DNA from: Fimicolochytrium jonesii
Lineage: Eukaryota
Direction: 5' to 3'
Assembly: GCF_025526975.1 (NCBI RefSeq)
Contig: NW_026515693.1
Span: 186,001 to 250,000 of the forward strand
Length of the DNA: 64,000 bases
Below are positions 1 to 12,438 of this stretch, in pieces. Under the pieces are notes generated by a model. The model was given only the letters and a program-made list of their open reading frames with translations. It was not told where the DNA came from and did no database searches. A program made the position numbers and the translations under genes. Numbering within the stretch: the stretch's first letter is position 1; the number at the start of each line of letters is the position of its first letter.

Positions 1-2260
1 GGCTTCCCAGCTGTAGTCGAGCACGGCACGCCAAACTCCTTCTACGAGAAACTGGAAGCAACCAGCAAAGACCTGACAAGCTGGCGGGGAGAACTGTACT
101 TTGAGCTGCATCGCGGGACATACACTACGCATGCGCTAATCAAGAAGGGCAATCGGAAGGGAGAGCTGCTGTTACGGCAGGTTGAGATCTTGGGCGCGCT
201 TGCTTCGACAACGAGTGGAACGGGGTACACGTATGAGAAGCCCGAGCTGGATCGGCTTTGGAAGCTTTTGCTGCTCAATCAGTTCCATGATGTCTTACCG
301 GGCTCGTCGATTGGGATGGTCTATATCGATGCGCTAAAGTTCTACAAAGACATTCAAGCTTCTGGCTCGAAGCTCAGCGAGCGGGCTTTTGAGCATCTCG
401 TGAAGAGCGGCGGCGCTCAGATTGGAACTACCGCAGTCAACGCATCGGCAGTGTTCAACCCGACCTCTTGGGCCCGCTCCGGCGAGATAGTTGAAGTCGA
501 CATCTCATCCGGCGCAGCTGCACAAGCCCACTCCTCCTTCCAGCAACTCTCCGCTGACAAAACAAAGGGCCTACATATCGCAAACGACATCCCACCATAC
601 ACCCTCGCGGCCTTCGATTTCACCAAAGACGACCACGACGACTGGTTCGTACCCATCATCGTCAACCACTCCAAAGACGAAGTCATCGTAAAGAACAAAT
701 TCATCGAAATCAAATTCGACCCCCTCGGCCGGATCCGCTCGTTCATCGACACGCTCGAAAATCGGCAAGTGATCGCGCCGGGGTACCTGGCGAACACGTT
801 CAAGACGTTTGAGGATATACCGCTGTTTTGGGACGCGTGGGATATTGAGGTGTATCATTTGGAGAAAGGGTGGGATGCCCAGGCTGGGGGGGAGGGGTTG
901 GTTGTGGAGGAGGATGGGCCGTTGAGGGTTGTGTTGAGGGTGGGATTGAAGGTGGGGAAGGCTAGTAAAGTGGTGCAGAGGATCATTATTTCGGCGACGA
1001 GCCCGAGAGTGGATTTTGAGACCTGGGTTGATTGGAGGGAGAATCGAAGGGTCTTGGTAAGATACGGATAAGTTTCATGTTATGGTCGCGACATATGTGA
1101 AGGTGTTGGACTGACACAGCTATGTATTGCAGAAAGTGGAGTTCCCTGTCAATATCGACAACGACTTTGCCACTTATGAGACACAGTTTGGGTTCATTCG
1201 GCGCCCAACGCATTATAACAACAGCTGGTGCGTACATTCCGCTCATAGTTGGAGGGCTTCTGGATCGTGAGCTGATCTAATTTTTCATGACAGGGACCTA
1301 GCGAGATTCGAAGTCTGCGCTCACAAATTCGTGGACTACTCGGAGCACGGCTATGGAGTGGCTTTGCTGAATGATAGGTTAGTCTGACCGTCACCGGTGG
1401 GAGATCGCGCGGCACTGCTGATATAGGTCCGCACGTAGTAAATACGGGTTTGCTGTGCACGGCAATGTCATTCGTATGTCGGTGTTGCGGGCGCCAAAGG
1501 TAAGATATGGAATGGAAGGGGTTCGAGCATGATTCGCAGTTTGACGATGTATGTGCTGATGGCGGACCACACCAGGCCCCGGATGCGGATTGCGACATAG
1601 GTAAGCTTTCGTACGTCTGCATTGAGTATACATATGCGCTATTCGCTCACGTACGAGTCGTAGGAGAGCATACGTTCCGCTACGCCTTGTACCCGCACAA
1701 AGGAAGCTTTGCTGAGAGTAATGTGGTTCAGGCCGGCTATGAGTTCAACGTGCCGTTGGTTATCTCGTACGTACCATCTGCTACGGATGATGCAAAACCC
1801 TGCCCATATCATTAACCCGATCCGCGCTCCACACAGTCCGACGCCAGTAGACTTGGCATCGTTCACCCCACGTCAGTTCTTTTCCATTGACAAACCGAAC
1901 ATTGTGCTGGACACTATCAAAATCGCCGAAGGACCGCTGTCGGATACTGCAAAGCCCGCTTTGAAAACCCTCGTTCTGCGGTTCTATGAGGCGTATGGGG
2001 GACGTGGGGTCTTCAAATTGACTACGTACGTATTCGGTTGTGTGCCTTTCTCATACCTGGTATCGTCATGGCTCACTGGCTCTCTCTGCAGATCGTTGCC
2101 CGTGGCCTCCGCAGTCTTCTGCAACGTGCTTGAAGACTCTGGATCATCCGTCCACACCGCCGACGTCGCGATCCCTCTTCTGGGGTCGGAGAAGACAACT
2201 ATCTTTGCGATCGGATATGCACCGTTCAAGATCATCAGCATTAAGATTGAACTGGAATAG
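1..2260 (+). CDS. AMS1: Alpha-mannosidase, glycoside hydrolase family 38 (5'-truncated by window edge, multi-exon)
   Basis: Motifs [59 protein letters not shown] and [10 protein letters not shown] across exons. GT-AG introns, e.g. 1057-1132. Stop at 2258-2260. Confidence 0.93.
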
Positions 2261-2845
2261 TGGACGATGTTTGCTGTGGAGCGTTGTGATTATGGCAATC
2301 AATGGACCGGATGTGCTCGGAATTGTAGACAAGTCTTAAGAAGCCGAGTATTGTAGCTTTGCCGCGTTTGTATTTGTACACCTCCCGCTGGCCGTCATGA
2401 GCAGCTCCACGTACCTGCTGGGGAGAAACATAGCTTGATGGCACTCCCTTGAGCGAACTGAGCCCCTTCCTCAGATCATACGTGGTCGACCTCCCTGATT
2501 TCTACCAGGATACATTTTCGAAGTGTACCGCTGAAAGTATTAAAGCACTCCGTGTTTTACAGCACAGCAGAACCCGTCGAATTCGATGGTCGAATCACGC
2601 CCTTGCTTCTGCCAATTTGCAAACATGCACACCTGAAAGCTGTCGTGAATTGCTATACCATAGCGCCCAGACAGTCGTTGATAGTTCGGTCAGGTTTTCT
2701 GGTGTAGCATCGCAGGTGCCAAAATATTCCATCCCGACGTGTTGGACTGTTGGGTGCAAACTGGGGTATGGCGAAAGAGAAACGTCAGGTTCACCAGAAC
2801 CAGTTCGTAAGGAAGCTTAATGGCGCTGAAGTGAAACTTCACTTA

Positions 2846-3183
2846 CAGTCACTTCTCGTTTATTTCAACACCGTTGACCCTTGAAATAAGCGAAAGTTGA
2901 AATATCTGAAATCCTCCTCATACTAAGGGTATACAAACAGGTACGCAACTAAACCCTACGCTAAGCTCGGTGAACAGGCATTCCCTAGGCTAACCCCATA
3001 ACCTCCAACCCTTCCTCACTAAGAATCTGGCGAGCAATGAACTCTTCAGTGTGCTCAAGCCTCGTGCTCCCAGTGTTGTCAAAGTCAATGTTACCCGAAC
3101 CCTAACCCTAAACCCTGACCCTCTGACCGTTGAAATAAGCGAAAGTTGAAGTAACCGGAATTGAAATAAACGAGAAGTGACTG
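2846..3183. mobile_element. Non-autonomous Tc1/mariner (pogo-like) MITE, 338 bp
   Basis: Perfect 23-bp terminal inverted repeats: CAGTCACTTCTCGTTTATTTCAA (2846-2868) and TTGAAATAAACGAGAAGTGACTG (3161-3183). TA on both flanks (2844-2845, 3184-3185). No transposase ORF. Confidence 0.88.
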
Positions 3184-3615
3184 TACTAGAACAAGTGCAG
3201 GCATCTATGTTACTGGACCGCTTCCACGAACCTGAACCCTGTACGAGATTCAAATTGCACGGCCCTGGATTGTATTGCTGGCGAGAGGCATCTCAAAAAC
3301 TGCCCCAGCATTGGCCACCTCCTTCAGAAACGGTCAGCATAGCGGAACGATGAGTCATTGATGGTAATCTTAGCCGGCTACTTCTGTACAGCACCCAGTG
3401 GCATTGGGTCGGGCGGGTGGAGTTCTGACAAGCCTGCCAAGCCGCACTTGTTGACGGTTGTATTCAAGTTTTGGATCATCTCTGTTGCGAGCCCAACGAT
3501 TGTTAAACAGATCAGCTTCTCCCGACCACCCTTGAGTTATTTTAAGAGTCGCAGTGACGTGGGATTCTACTGGGTTCTCTCTTTTGCTATAATTGACAGG
3601 ACCCGATATGACAAA

Positions 3616-4925
3616 ATGCGCCGTTTTCGTTCATTCTTGGTCCCAGCCGCGAGTAGAATCACAGTTCGTTCGCGTGTATTGCCGATTACGTACGATTCCG
3701 ACAACGCGCCAGTATATGGGTAGCCCACGACTGTCGCATCCTGATTAACCAGCTATGCGCATTGTTCAGGATGCATCTCACACAGTACAGCTACATTGAT
3801 CGTGGCCTGGGAAATATCTTCGTGACTGGATTCGTGCTATTGCGCATGTGGCAGGTCGATCGTTTCAAGTCCCTCAGATGGAAACGAATCAGAAAGTTCG
3901 AGCTTAAAACCTTGGCGTCGACACTACTCTTGTTATCCCTCGCCGCCATCCTCGCGTACGACTCCTTGGCATCCTATGTCAAATATAAGGAAGGATACAA
4001 AGTTTCCGTGGATGGTGATGGCGCATACACGGTAGCAGTTAAACCTCTAGCCACCTACGATGCGGAAGACCGCAAGCTTGTCCACGTTGCTGACGTTCTT
4101 CTCGACATCGCGTGGTGTACCAAATCGTGCGCGTACTTTGTCATGTATGCGATCTTCGGCGAAATCAGCGCAGGGGTACTACATCAAAGCATGATTTCTA
4201 TCCTGGAAGCACGCATACTTCTCGCACACAGCATGCTGAGCTGTGCCCTGTTCATTGTACTTCCTTGGATATTCGCACACGATTTAGTCCTGGCGACCGT
4301 CGCGCCTCAGTTCATCTATCACGCTGAATGCTTCATTCTGATTACGTTGGGCCTCGTCAACATTCGACGGTTTCGAAGTCATCGGCGCGATTTGCTTGAT
4401 CCCGGCTCAAAACAGCTGTTATGGTATTATATCGACATGACTTGGTTGTTCGTTACCGCGCTCTTTCTGGATTCGGTCGCATTATTTGTGATCAACGTGG
4501 ACGTTGTCAGTCGGAAGGCGCTGGTGGGCAGCGTCCTCGCTACCGACATACTGACGAAAATATTCAACTGGTAGGGTATTAATCGTGATTCCTCCTCATT
4601 GCGTGGTTCGGTAGCTTACGTGTTTGGGTCGTCGTTTTTGCCATACAGGGGCTCTGTGCTGTCGTACCCAGTGGCATTCATGATTATGTTCCCGAAGAGC
4701 ACAACACATTCCGTTCCGCCGAAGCACAAAGTGTCGGTCTCCGACATCGTGCGCCGAAAAAGCGCCGACCCGTCGGCCTGCATCGCGATGCCAATGATCG
4801 AGGAAAATCAAGAGACGCAAGGTATCCTGATACTGAACACCAGAAACGTGGATGCAGAGATCGGTCTATCAGCACCAGTCTTTTCCGAAGGTCAACCAAG
4901 ATATTCCCAAGTCAAGTATACTTAA
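3616..4925 (+). CDS. Uncharacterised multi-pass membrane protein (about 6-7 TM, spliced)
   Basis: ORF 3762-4574 has several hydrophobic segments. Plausible introns 3720-3769 and 4571-4648 link the flanking exons in frame. Start and 3' end are uncertain. Confidence 0.65.
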
Positions 4926-5279
4926 CGGGTCCCCGGCCTCCTCACCCACCTCCTCCTACGCCGACATCTCTGCACCCTCCATCCCGGCATCTTCCATCTC
5001 CACATCTTCCACGCAAGAGTGGGATGTATTCCCCTTCCGTAATTTTCATGACATTTGTACTGAGCTCTACGTACAGTGGCTGTTTCGGTGGCAAGGTTCA
5101 GGTTCGTTTGAATGAGCTTGAACTGGAGAGGGGAAAAGCGGTGCCTTCCATGGATCCATCCGGCGATGTAGTCATTTTCGGGAAAATACTCTGTACTGTA
5201 TTCTGTAATTGCGATATGTGTGGATTCCCATTTGAGTAGGGATCTGATCCTGAGGGTACAATCAACACCGCAAAACGGA

Positions 5280-5705
5280 ATGCCAGAACCTGCATCGCCA
5301 CATCAAAAGCCTTCCTTGGCTCGCATCAAAGAGGCTCAGGTCCTTTCAGAACCTTCCGCACAAAGCCCTTATGTAACCGATCGGACAAATCTCCAGGGAA
5401 GAGCAGAATCGTCCGCACTTGTCCTTACCACGGCTTCGATCGATCAGGGAAACGTCCAGATCATCGTTCCCGACAGTCTCGGCGAGCCGCATGGCCGGAC
5501 TTCCATCAATGCAGACATCTTCTATGCAATCGACGGTCCAACCTTGCGTTACTGGAATGGCCAAACCGGCGCAATCATGGGTGAGCCGATTATGCTGCCG
5601 TCTAACGTCAAACGTGTAGTGTTTGCCCAGTCTGGTAGCAGCGGACTCGTCCTGAGCGACTCATGCGACTCGTTCATTTTATTGCCAGTCGATGTGGGTA
5701 GGTAA
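5280..5705 (+). pseudogene. Possible WD40-like gene fragment
   Basis: LRYWNGQTGAIMGEPI...VKRVVFAQSG resembles one WD40 repeat. No coherent ORF downstream. Confidence 0.3.
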
Positions 5706-6821
5706 CAGACCGACGTTGCCAGACTTGGCAAATGACGCACCCGTCGAAGATTTGGAGCCTGGAAATCTCCCCCGATGGCACCAGTTTCGGCACTCGAGAC
5801 AACATTATACCCTCATCTGGCCGTATCCGTCGATTGCTTAGACGGCGGAACTGCCTCGCGCTAATCTCGCGCTAATCTCTGTGCTCATCGTACCTGGCCC
5901 CCGGTGCCCTCGAGTGGCTTCAATCGAAGCAGCTTGTCTCTCTGACGAACATTCTGGAAGGGGTATATGAAGCTGCAAATATCCTCATGTTACGTGATGA
6001 GCTCAAACAATGGGAACGAGGCCAAGCGGCGGGCGCAACACCGAGAATTGCGCTCCTCCTCCTTGGCCAAAACTCTTCCTAACACAACATTCGATCATTC
6101 GGAGATCGTGAAGCTCGTGCTATCCTGAGGGGTCGTCATCGATAAAACAGTTCTTGAACGCGAATACTCCACTGCTGAACAAACTGCTGGATAAGCGGCC
6201 GCAAATTGCAAATCGAAAGGAGGACGTCGACCTCTGGTCGCTTGCCCTGGTCAGACCCATCTTCTGGAACAATCTGTTCACCGGGGACGGCGAGAATCCA
6301 AACGTACTATAGGCTGCCCTGTCGTCATTTGTTCACCATATGCGGAATCTTTCATGGGTTATGCTAGATCTTCTTGGATCTTTTACTAATTAGCCCACTG
6401 ATTGTCAGATTCGGAATGAAATGATCGTGCAGATTGTCCTCCCGTCAAACTCAGTTGTCAGTCGCGCTGTCGATTTTTACGGAGTTAATCGGAGATAGGG
6501 CCGAGTACCCGTAACCTTCACCCATTTTATGTGACGAACCCATCAACTTTAACCCAATTCTTGCTGTTGATAATAAGCGCTATAGTGCCCAAGACAAACA
6601 TTCGTTGAGCCTCCCGTTTTGTGCCGAGCGTATGAAACAAGATCCCGCAACTGGGATTGTATTCGCGCTCACTCGGAAAACTGCTCGCTTTTATCGCCAT
6701 GAAGACACCCGACTGACGGTGCATTATAGGAAATTGCCGTCACTGACAGAACTGTCGACAAACCTTTGCTCAAAGTTTCATCGGTAAACGAATCTCGTCC
6801 CCGGGATCGGATTCCTTCAAG

Positions 6822-9452
6822 ATGACAAGCCAGCAAGGCAAAGAACTCGAGGATGACATTGAGAAAGGCGAAACCGATGCCATGATCAGCGACCTCGCCG
6901 GCGCTTCTTCCAAAAAGGAGAAACTGACCCGTTTTCCCGGATTCCCGATGACGATCTTGGCGCCTCTACTGCTGATTGCCTCCTTGATTGCGGTGCTGGC
7001 TCCGGTAGGTGTTTACTCGCATAATCTGTGCGTCCTCTTGTATCGGCACGACGCACTAAAACTGCGTATCGCAAAAGACCTTTATTCTGCTCGGTCAAGG
7101 AAGTACTACAGCGGTCGACCAACTCAGTACTGAATATCTAGATGCATTGATGCAGAGGGTTGGTACTCGGACTTCCATATTTTTGTCGGAGATGTTTTTA
7201 ACGAATGGTCTCCCTTGATATCAATGCTTGGGACATTCCAGGTGTCCATGAACATCACGGGGTCTGTCAAAAACATCTTTCCGCTAGTTGAGTACTTGAC
7301 ATCAATGCCCAGAGTAGCAGCTTCCTTTGCTCCCGGCCGTGGTAAATTGAAAATATGCTTGGTTCTATTCCCGAACATCGGCCCTTTGAACATCTTATCC
7401 CATGCCGCACTAGAAATTCAAGGTTTGGAGAACGAGCCTTGGGCTGGCGATCTGATTGGCATGTACTTCAAGTACAACCTGGACACCATTGGATGCACGC
7501 AAACTTCCTGGATTCCGCCGAATGGGTTGGTATCTGATATCATGAAGTTCGGGACGGGTTGGCATTCCGGATTCCCTGATGACATCTCTTTTCTTACAGT
7601 CCGGGCAGTCCCATGAGTAATGCAACTATCCATTGGACCCAGGTCAGCCTTATACCAGCTTATCAGAACGGTAATGCACCAAACGACTCAACTAACTCCG
7701 AATTTCAGATGTTCACCTATCCTCATCCATTGCTTGGGAACATCATCTACAAGGGTGATTGGTCACGTAAGACTCTCTCTCGTTTCCTTGCACTTTTCAA
7801 GAATGTTTCTGCCATCAGCCTTTCACTAATTTAGTACATTGAACAGCATCGGACGACGGAGGAAAAGTAGCTGTGTACATGGTCAATAAAAAGAGTGAGT
7901 CGATTTTCCGCCATCCCCTCATATTTCGTAGCGGTCGATTCATAATCCTTGCACGCAAACTTTTTCACGCGGTGGCAATAGCCTTGTCATTCAATGCGAG
8001 CGCACCCGTGGTCCACGACTATCTCCATCAAGTATCTCTGGCGAATCGAATGCAGCTAGGTGACTTGGAGGTGATGAATTCAACGTATTGGAATGGTGCG
8101 TTGTCGAACATTCATATAACGGTTTCCGCCAACGTACACCCTCGTTATGCTAACTCTCCTTGCATTTTTGATTTGGGGGTATCCCACCAGCATACGTCAG
8201 CGAGAAAGGGACCTACGTCGCCTGGGTGACCACGCCTCACTTTGTCGCTTCCAGTAACCTTCCCAACTACCACTGCAGCGCCGGAATCCGCGTCGATTCC
8301 ACCTGGAACAGCATTTTGCTCAACAACAAGCCCACGGATGATAGTGGTCAGTTTCGGACAAATGCCATTGCTCCCACACAGCACTCTGACGGCCGCTAAC
8401 CTGCCTGTCGTACTCGTCTGTCTATCAATCAGTGGTCGCTTTCTTCAATCAAAACCTGCAAATTGTAGCCAGCAGCAACATGGTGGCGACGAATACCACC
8501 GTCACTTCAAAGAACACTTTTACACTCCCCGACCCGGATGCACTAACCATCTCGCTGCGGAACAGACTCACTGAGGATTTTGTTACGTTCGAAAATGCCG
8601 CAACCCCGTTTCGAACAGTTCAGCAATACCAAGATGTGCAGCTCCCCGGTTATGATGGCCTCTGGGTAGTGAAGAACTAGAAGGGAGACGGTGCAGGGTA
8701 GCGTGAAAATGTAGCCCACTGATGTTACTTTCTCTTCGCTCCTCCAGATTCTGGTCACTCAAAGAGTCAGCATCAGCTCTTACATATCCCAGGATGGACT
8801 GCTAGCTGTAGCGATCCCACGTCGCAGGGTGCGTAAAGGTCCCGTCTTTCTCTGGGCAGTCTTTCCCTATATCCTCATCTGGAAGCGTCCTAGGTCTATG
8901 GTACGATCGAGGATGCACGGAACAGAGCTCTTCGCACCTCCATCGGCATCGCAGTAGCCTTTGCTGTGTTATCGAGCATCGTGTTTGTGATCATTGTCAT
9001 GCCGCTTTTCAAGCTCGCTAAAGTGATGCAGAGTCTTACGACTTTGAACTTTGCAAAATTGGAAGAGTCAAATGTAGGCGCAGCTAGCCCGAACATATAC
9101 TCAACAAATTTGTCTGACTAGCGAATGGGTTCTCCCTCGTAGGCTTTGGAGGAACGCAGCGTCATCTGGGAAATCCGACGTGTGCAGACTGTCTTTGCCA
9201 CGGTAGGGATTGAAAAGTCACATTCGCTTTCTCAGCCAGATGAACGTCTCATTCTTCATTACTATCATACAGATGGTCAAGGCCTTGTAAGTATCCGATC
9301 GAATTCCCTTAAGTCACCTCTTTGATGAAGGACTAAACGTCTTTACTAGTGCTGGAGGATTGAAAAAGAACAAAGCTCTGGTCGCTGGGAGAGGCACAGG
9401 CACTGGGACGGGAAGCGGAAAAGAAAAGGTCGCCACTATCAGAAAGAAGTAG
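6822..9452 (+). CDS. Membrane receptor-like protein: TM, large extracellular (Cache-like) domain, TM, HAMP; no output domain
   Basis: Spliced model built by eye. N-terminal TM ILAPLLLIASLIAVLAP; LAVAIPRRRVYG just before TM2 (IGIAVAFAVLSSIVFVIIV); HAMP-like MPLFKLAKVMQSLTTLNF...EIRRVQTVFATMVKAF; short tail ending KVATIRKK* at 9452. Confidence 0.75.
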
Positions 9453-10040
9453 GGAACATCAGAACGGGGAGCCATCGGACGTGTTCTTCACGAGAAAAAT
9501 GTTAGGACAAAAATTGATCAATCAATTGTGTCAGTCTGTTATGTCATTCATCGGGTTAAAAGTTGGTTCTTGATCTGAACCCACACATAACCTGGACGTG
9601 AATGCCCATGCGAATCCTTTTGAATCGCTCGCCGAATGGGGAACTTGGATTTCACCAGCTCAAAACCGCGGGTTTGGTCTTTTGCATTCTTGCCTTCCTC
9701 CAACTTTTGCGCCAAATCTCTCTAGATCTACAGCAGCGTTTCCTCCCAATCCGACGTTCTTGTGAGTGCTGCTGGCAAAATCTGCAAGGAGCTCTCAGGC
9801 CAGGCGCAGTTGAGAGAGCGACGCGATGCTGTCATTGTTGGGTCATTTGTGGCCTTTTCCCCACGCGCCGCCTCCGCTCCCTAAACATCCACCGCTCGAC
9901 CATGACCACATCGCACCCACATCTCACAGGTCTCTTGGGTACATAAACACTCAAGAGCAACCACCCTGCCGCCCGCCCCATCACTGCTCCTTATCGCAAA
10001 CCCACCGCTTCTATCTCAACCCGTCGTTGCATAGCTCAAA

Positions 10041-11820
10041 ATGAACGCACTAGCAAGTCTCATCGACAAGACCCTCAAGACCCCCAGCGGCCTCGACACA
10101 ACCTCGGGTGCAAACCCGTCCAACAACCCCGACCTTCTGGCCGACCCGTCTGGCGAAAAGATGAAGGCATAGCTTGCGCTTTTTTGTGTCTGCGACTGCA
10201 TATCCAAGGAAGCTGGTCTCTAACTCTGGTGTCTCAATCCCCGTCTTTAGGCCCTCATCTGGCATGCCAAAAACGACGTGCGCGTGGGTGAGGCTCTCAA
10301 GCCCAAACTAGTTGACGATCACGACATTATTTTGCGAATCACTGGGTCGACCGTCTGCGGTTCCGACATGCACCTTCTGCACGGCGCCATCCTCGAGATG
10401 CAGTCGGGCGATATCCTAGGACACGAGGGGATGGGCGTGGTCGAGGCGGTCGGCTCGGCAGTGACGAAACTGAAGGTCGGCGACAGGGTGGTTGCGGGAT
10501 TCAACGTGGCGTGCGGAACGTGCTTCATGTGCCGGCAGAAGCTGTCATCGGCTTGCGTTAGGACAAACGACTCGGCGTTGATGAATTCCATGTACGGGCA
10601 TAGGTCCTGCGGAATGCTGGGGTAGGTATGCGTGGTTGTATCGTATCCGTCAATGGGCTGGGACACTGATCGATGAACTGCCTCCGCCCTTTCTTCAAAC
10701 ACAGATACTCGCATTTCACTGGGGGTTTCGCTGGATGTCAATCTGAGTACACGCGCATTCCGCATGGAGACGCGAACTGCATCAAAGTGCCGGACTCTGT
10801 CCCAGACGAGGAAGCGCTCTACATCTCCGATATCCTGGTCACCTCATTCCACCAAGTGTCAGACGCGGGTGTGAAGGAAAATGACATTGTCGGGATCTGG
10901 GGCTGTGGCGCAATGTAAGCCGCGGATTTGAGAAACCGAGCGCACGGCGGATGCTAATGACAGCTTTTCTCTCCTCTGGTTGTTCGTTAGTGGCATAATG
11001 GGAGCCGTCTGGTCAGCGATTCGGGGCGCGAAACACATCATCGTGATTGACAACGTGCAGGTTCGCATGGTGCTTTACATTCAACTGTTCGCATTGCGGG
11101 TTCAAGGCTTATTGCGTTTTTGACAGTGGCGGCTGGATCACGTCGTGAAAGTGATCAAACGGGACTATCCGACCGTTCGCATTGAATCCATCAACTTCGA
11201 TGAGCACAAGGGGGTGCAGGCGCGGATTGTCGAACTCACGAAACCGGGGGTTGACGGACGCGACCCGACTCGTCCTGCCGGTCTGGATGTTGCGCTCGAG
11301 TGCGCTGCTGGTGAATACGCAAAGGGGTTTGCGCACAAGGCGGAGATCGCGCTCGGGCTCGAGACGGACAGCTCGGAGAATTTGAATGAGATGATCACAA
11401 GCACCATCTCCTACGGCACCGTCGCCCTTACCGGCGTTTACGGAGGGTTCACAAACCACCTGAACATGTAAGTTGCTCAAGTGCATGTGGCGCCGATGGA
11501 GTTTCGCACGTTTTGCTTATGCAAGTCATCTCGGCTATTCCTCCAGTGGCAGCCTCATGCAGCGCGGAATCCGGTTCATCGGAAACGGGCAGTGCCCGAC
11601 GCACAAGTACATGCAGCATGTCATGGACGAGTACATTGTCACTGGCAAGGTCAAGCCGACGCAACTGTTCGTTTCTCATCGGATCAACATTGACGACATT
11701 GCAAAGGCGTACTACAAGTTTGACAACCATGACTCGGACCTGAAGATTATCAAACCGTTCGTAGCCACAAGGTTCTCCAACCCGCCTTCGCCTGGCGCGC
11801 CGCAGCTCACGGTCCTGTAG
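10041..11820 (+). CDS. Zn-dependent medium-chain dehydrogenase (formaldehyde dehydrogenase-like)
   Basis: Catalytic Zn motifs CGSDMH and GHEGMG; structural Zn CGTCFMC...C; nucleotide-binding GIWGCGA; several introns; stop at 11818-11820. Confidence 0.92.
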
Positions 11821-12438
11821 AAAAGACGTGTATATAGGGTTATATGAGACGTTTGTATGTAGCTGTATCTTTTGCATTGCGTTCTTTTTGGCGAGTGTTC
11901 TGGTCATGATTGTCGGCTATACGCCATCCGGGCGAGGGTCTCTAACGAATTTGGTGTTGTAAAACAACCTGTTTCAGCCACAGCTTCCTTTTATAGTACC
12001 GTACCCCTTTTTCTCTCTGCAGTTAGAAAGCTGGTGTGTGCAGACCGTCCGATCGAATGTCTATAAAACGAGTGGTGTGTGTGAAGGGGAATAAAAAGTA
12101 ACGAGTTCCACAACATTTGGAACGGATGCGTCGGACACTTTCCACGCCGGTGCTGCAGGTCTCGGGGAGGTATCTACACACACGGGGTATCGTCATTCGG
12201 AAAAGAAATCAAAGTACCTAAGGATCACGAGGCTCGGGATTTCAACCAAGAAGGTGCTAAAAGTTGTTCAGCATCTTCCTGATATCAGAGAGATTTAGCA
12301 CATAGAGCGCGTGTCGAGGGCAGGAAAGTTCCGACAACCGGCTAAGTAGTACGTTACATTCCTACCACTACGCATGCGCGCCTAGCATTCGGTCTGAACT
12401 CCCACCCATTGCGGATTTGGGTCCGGGTCTCTGTCATC

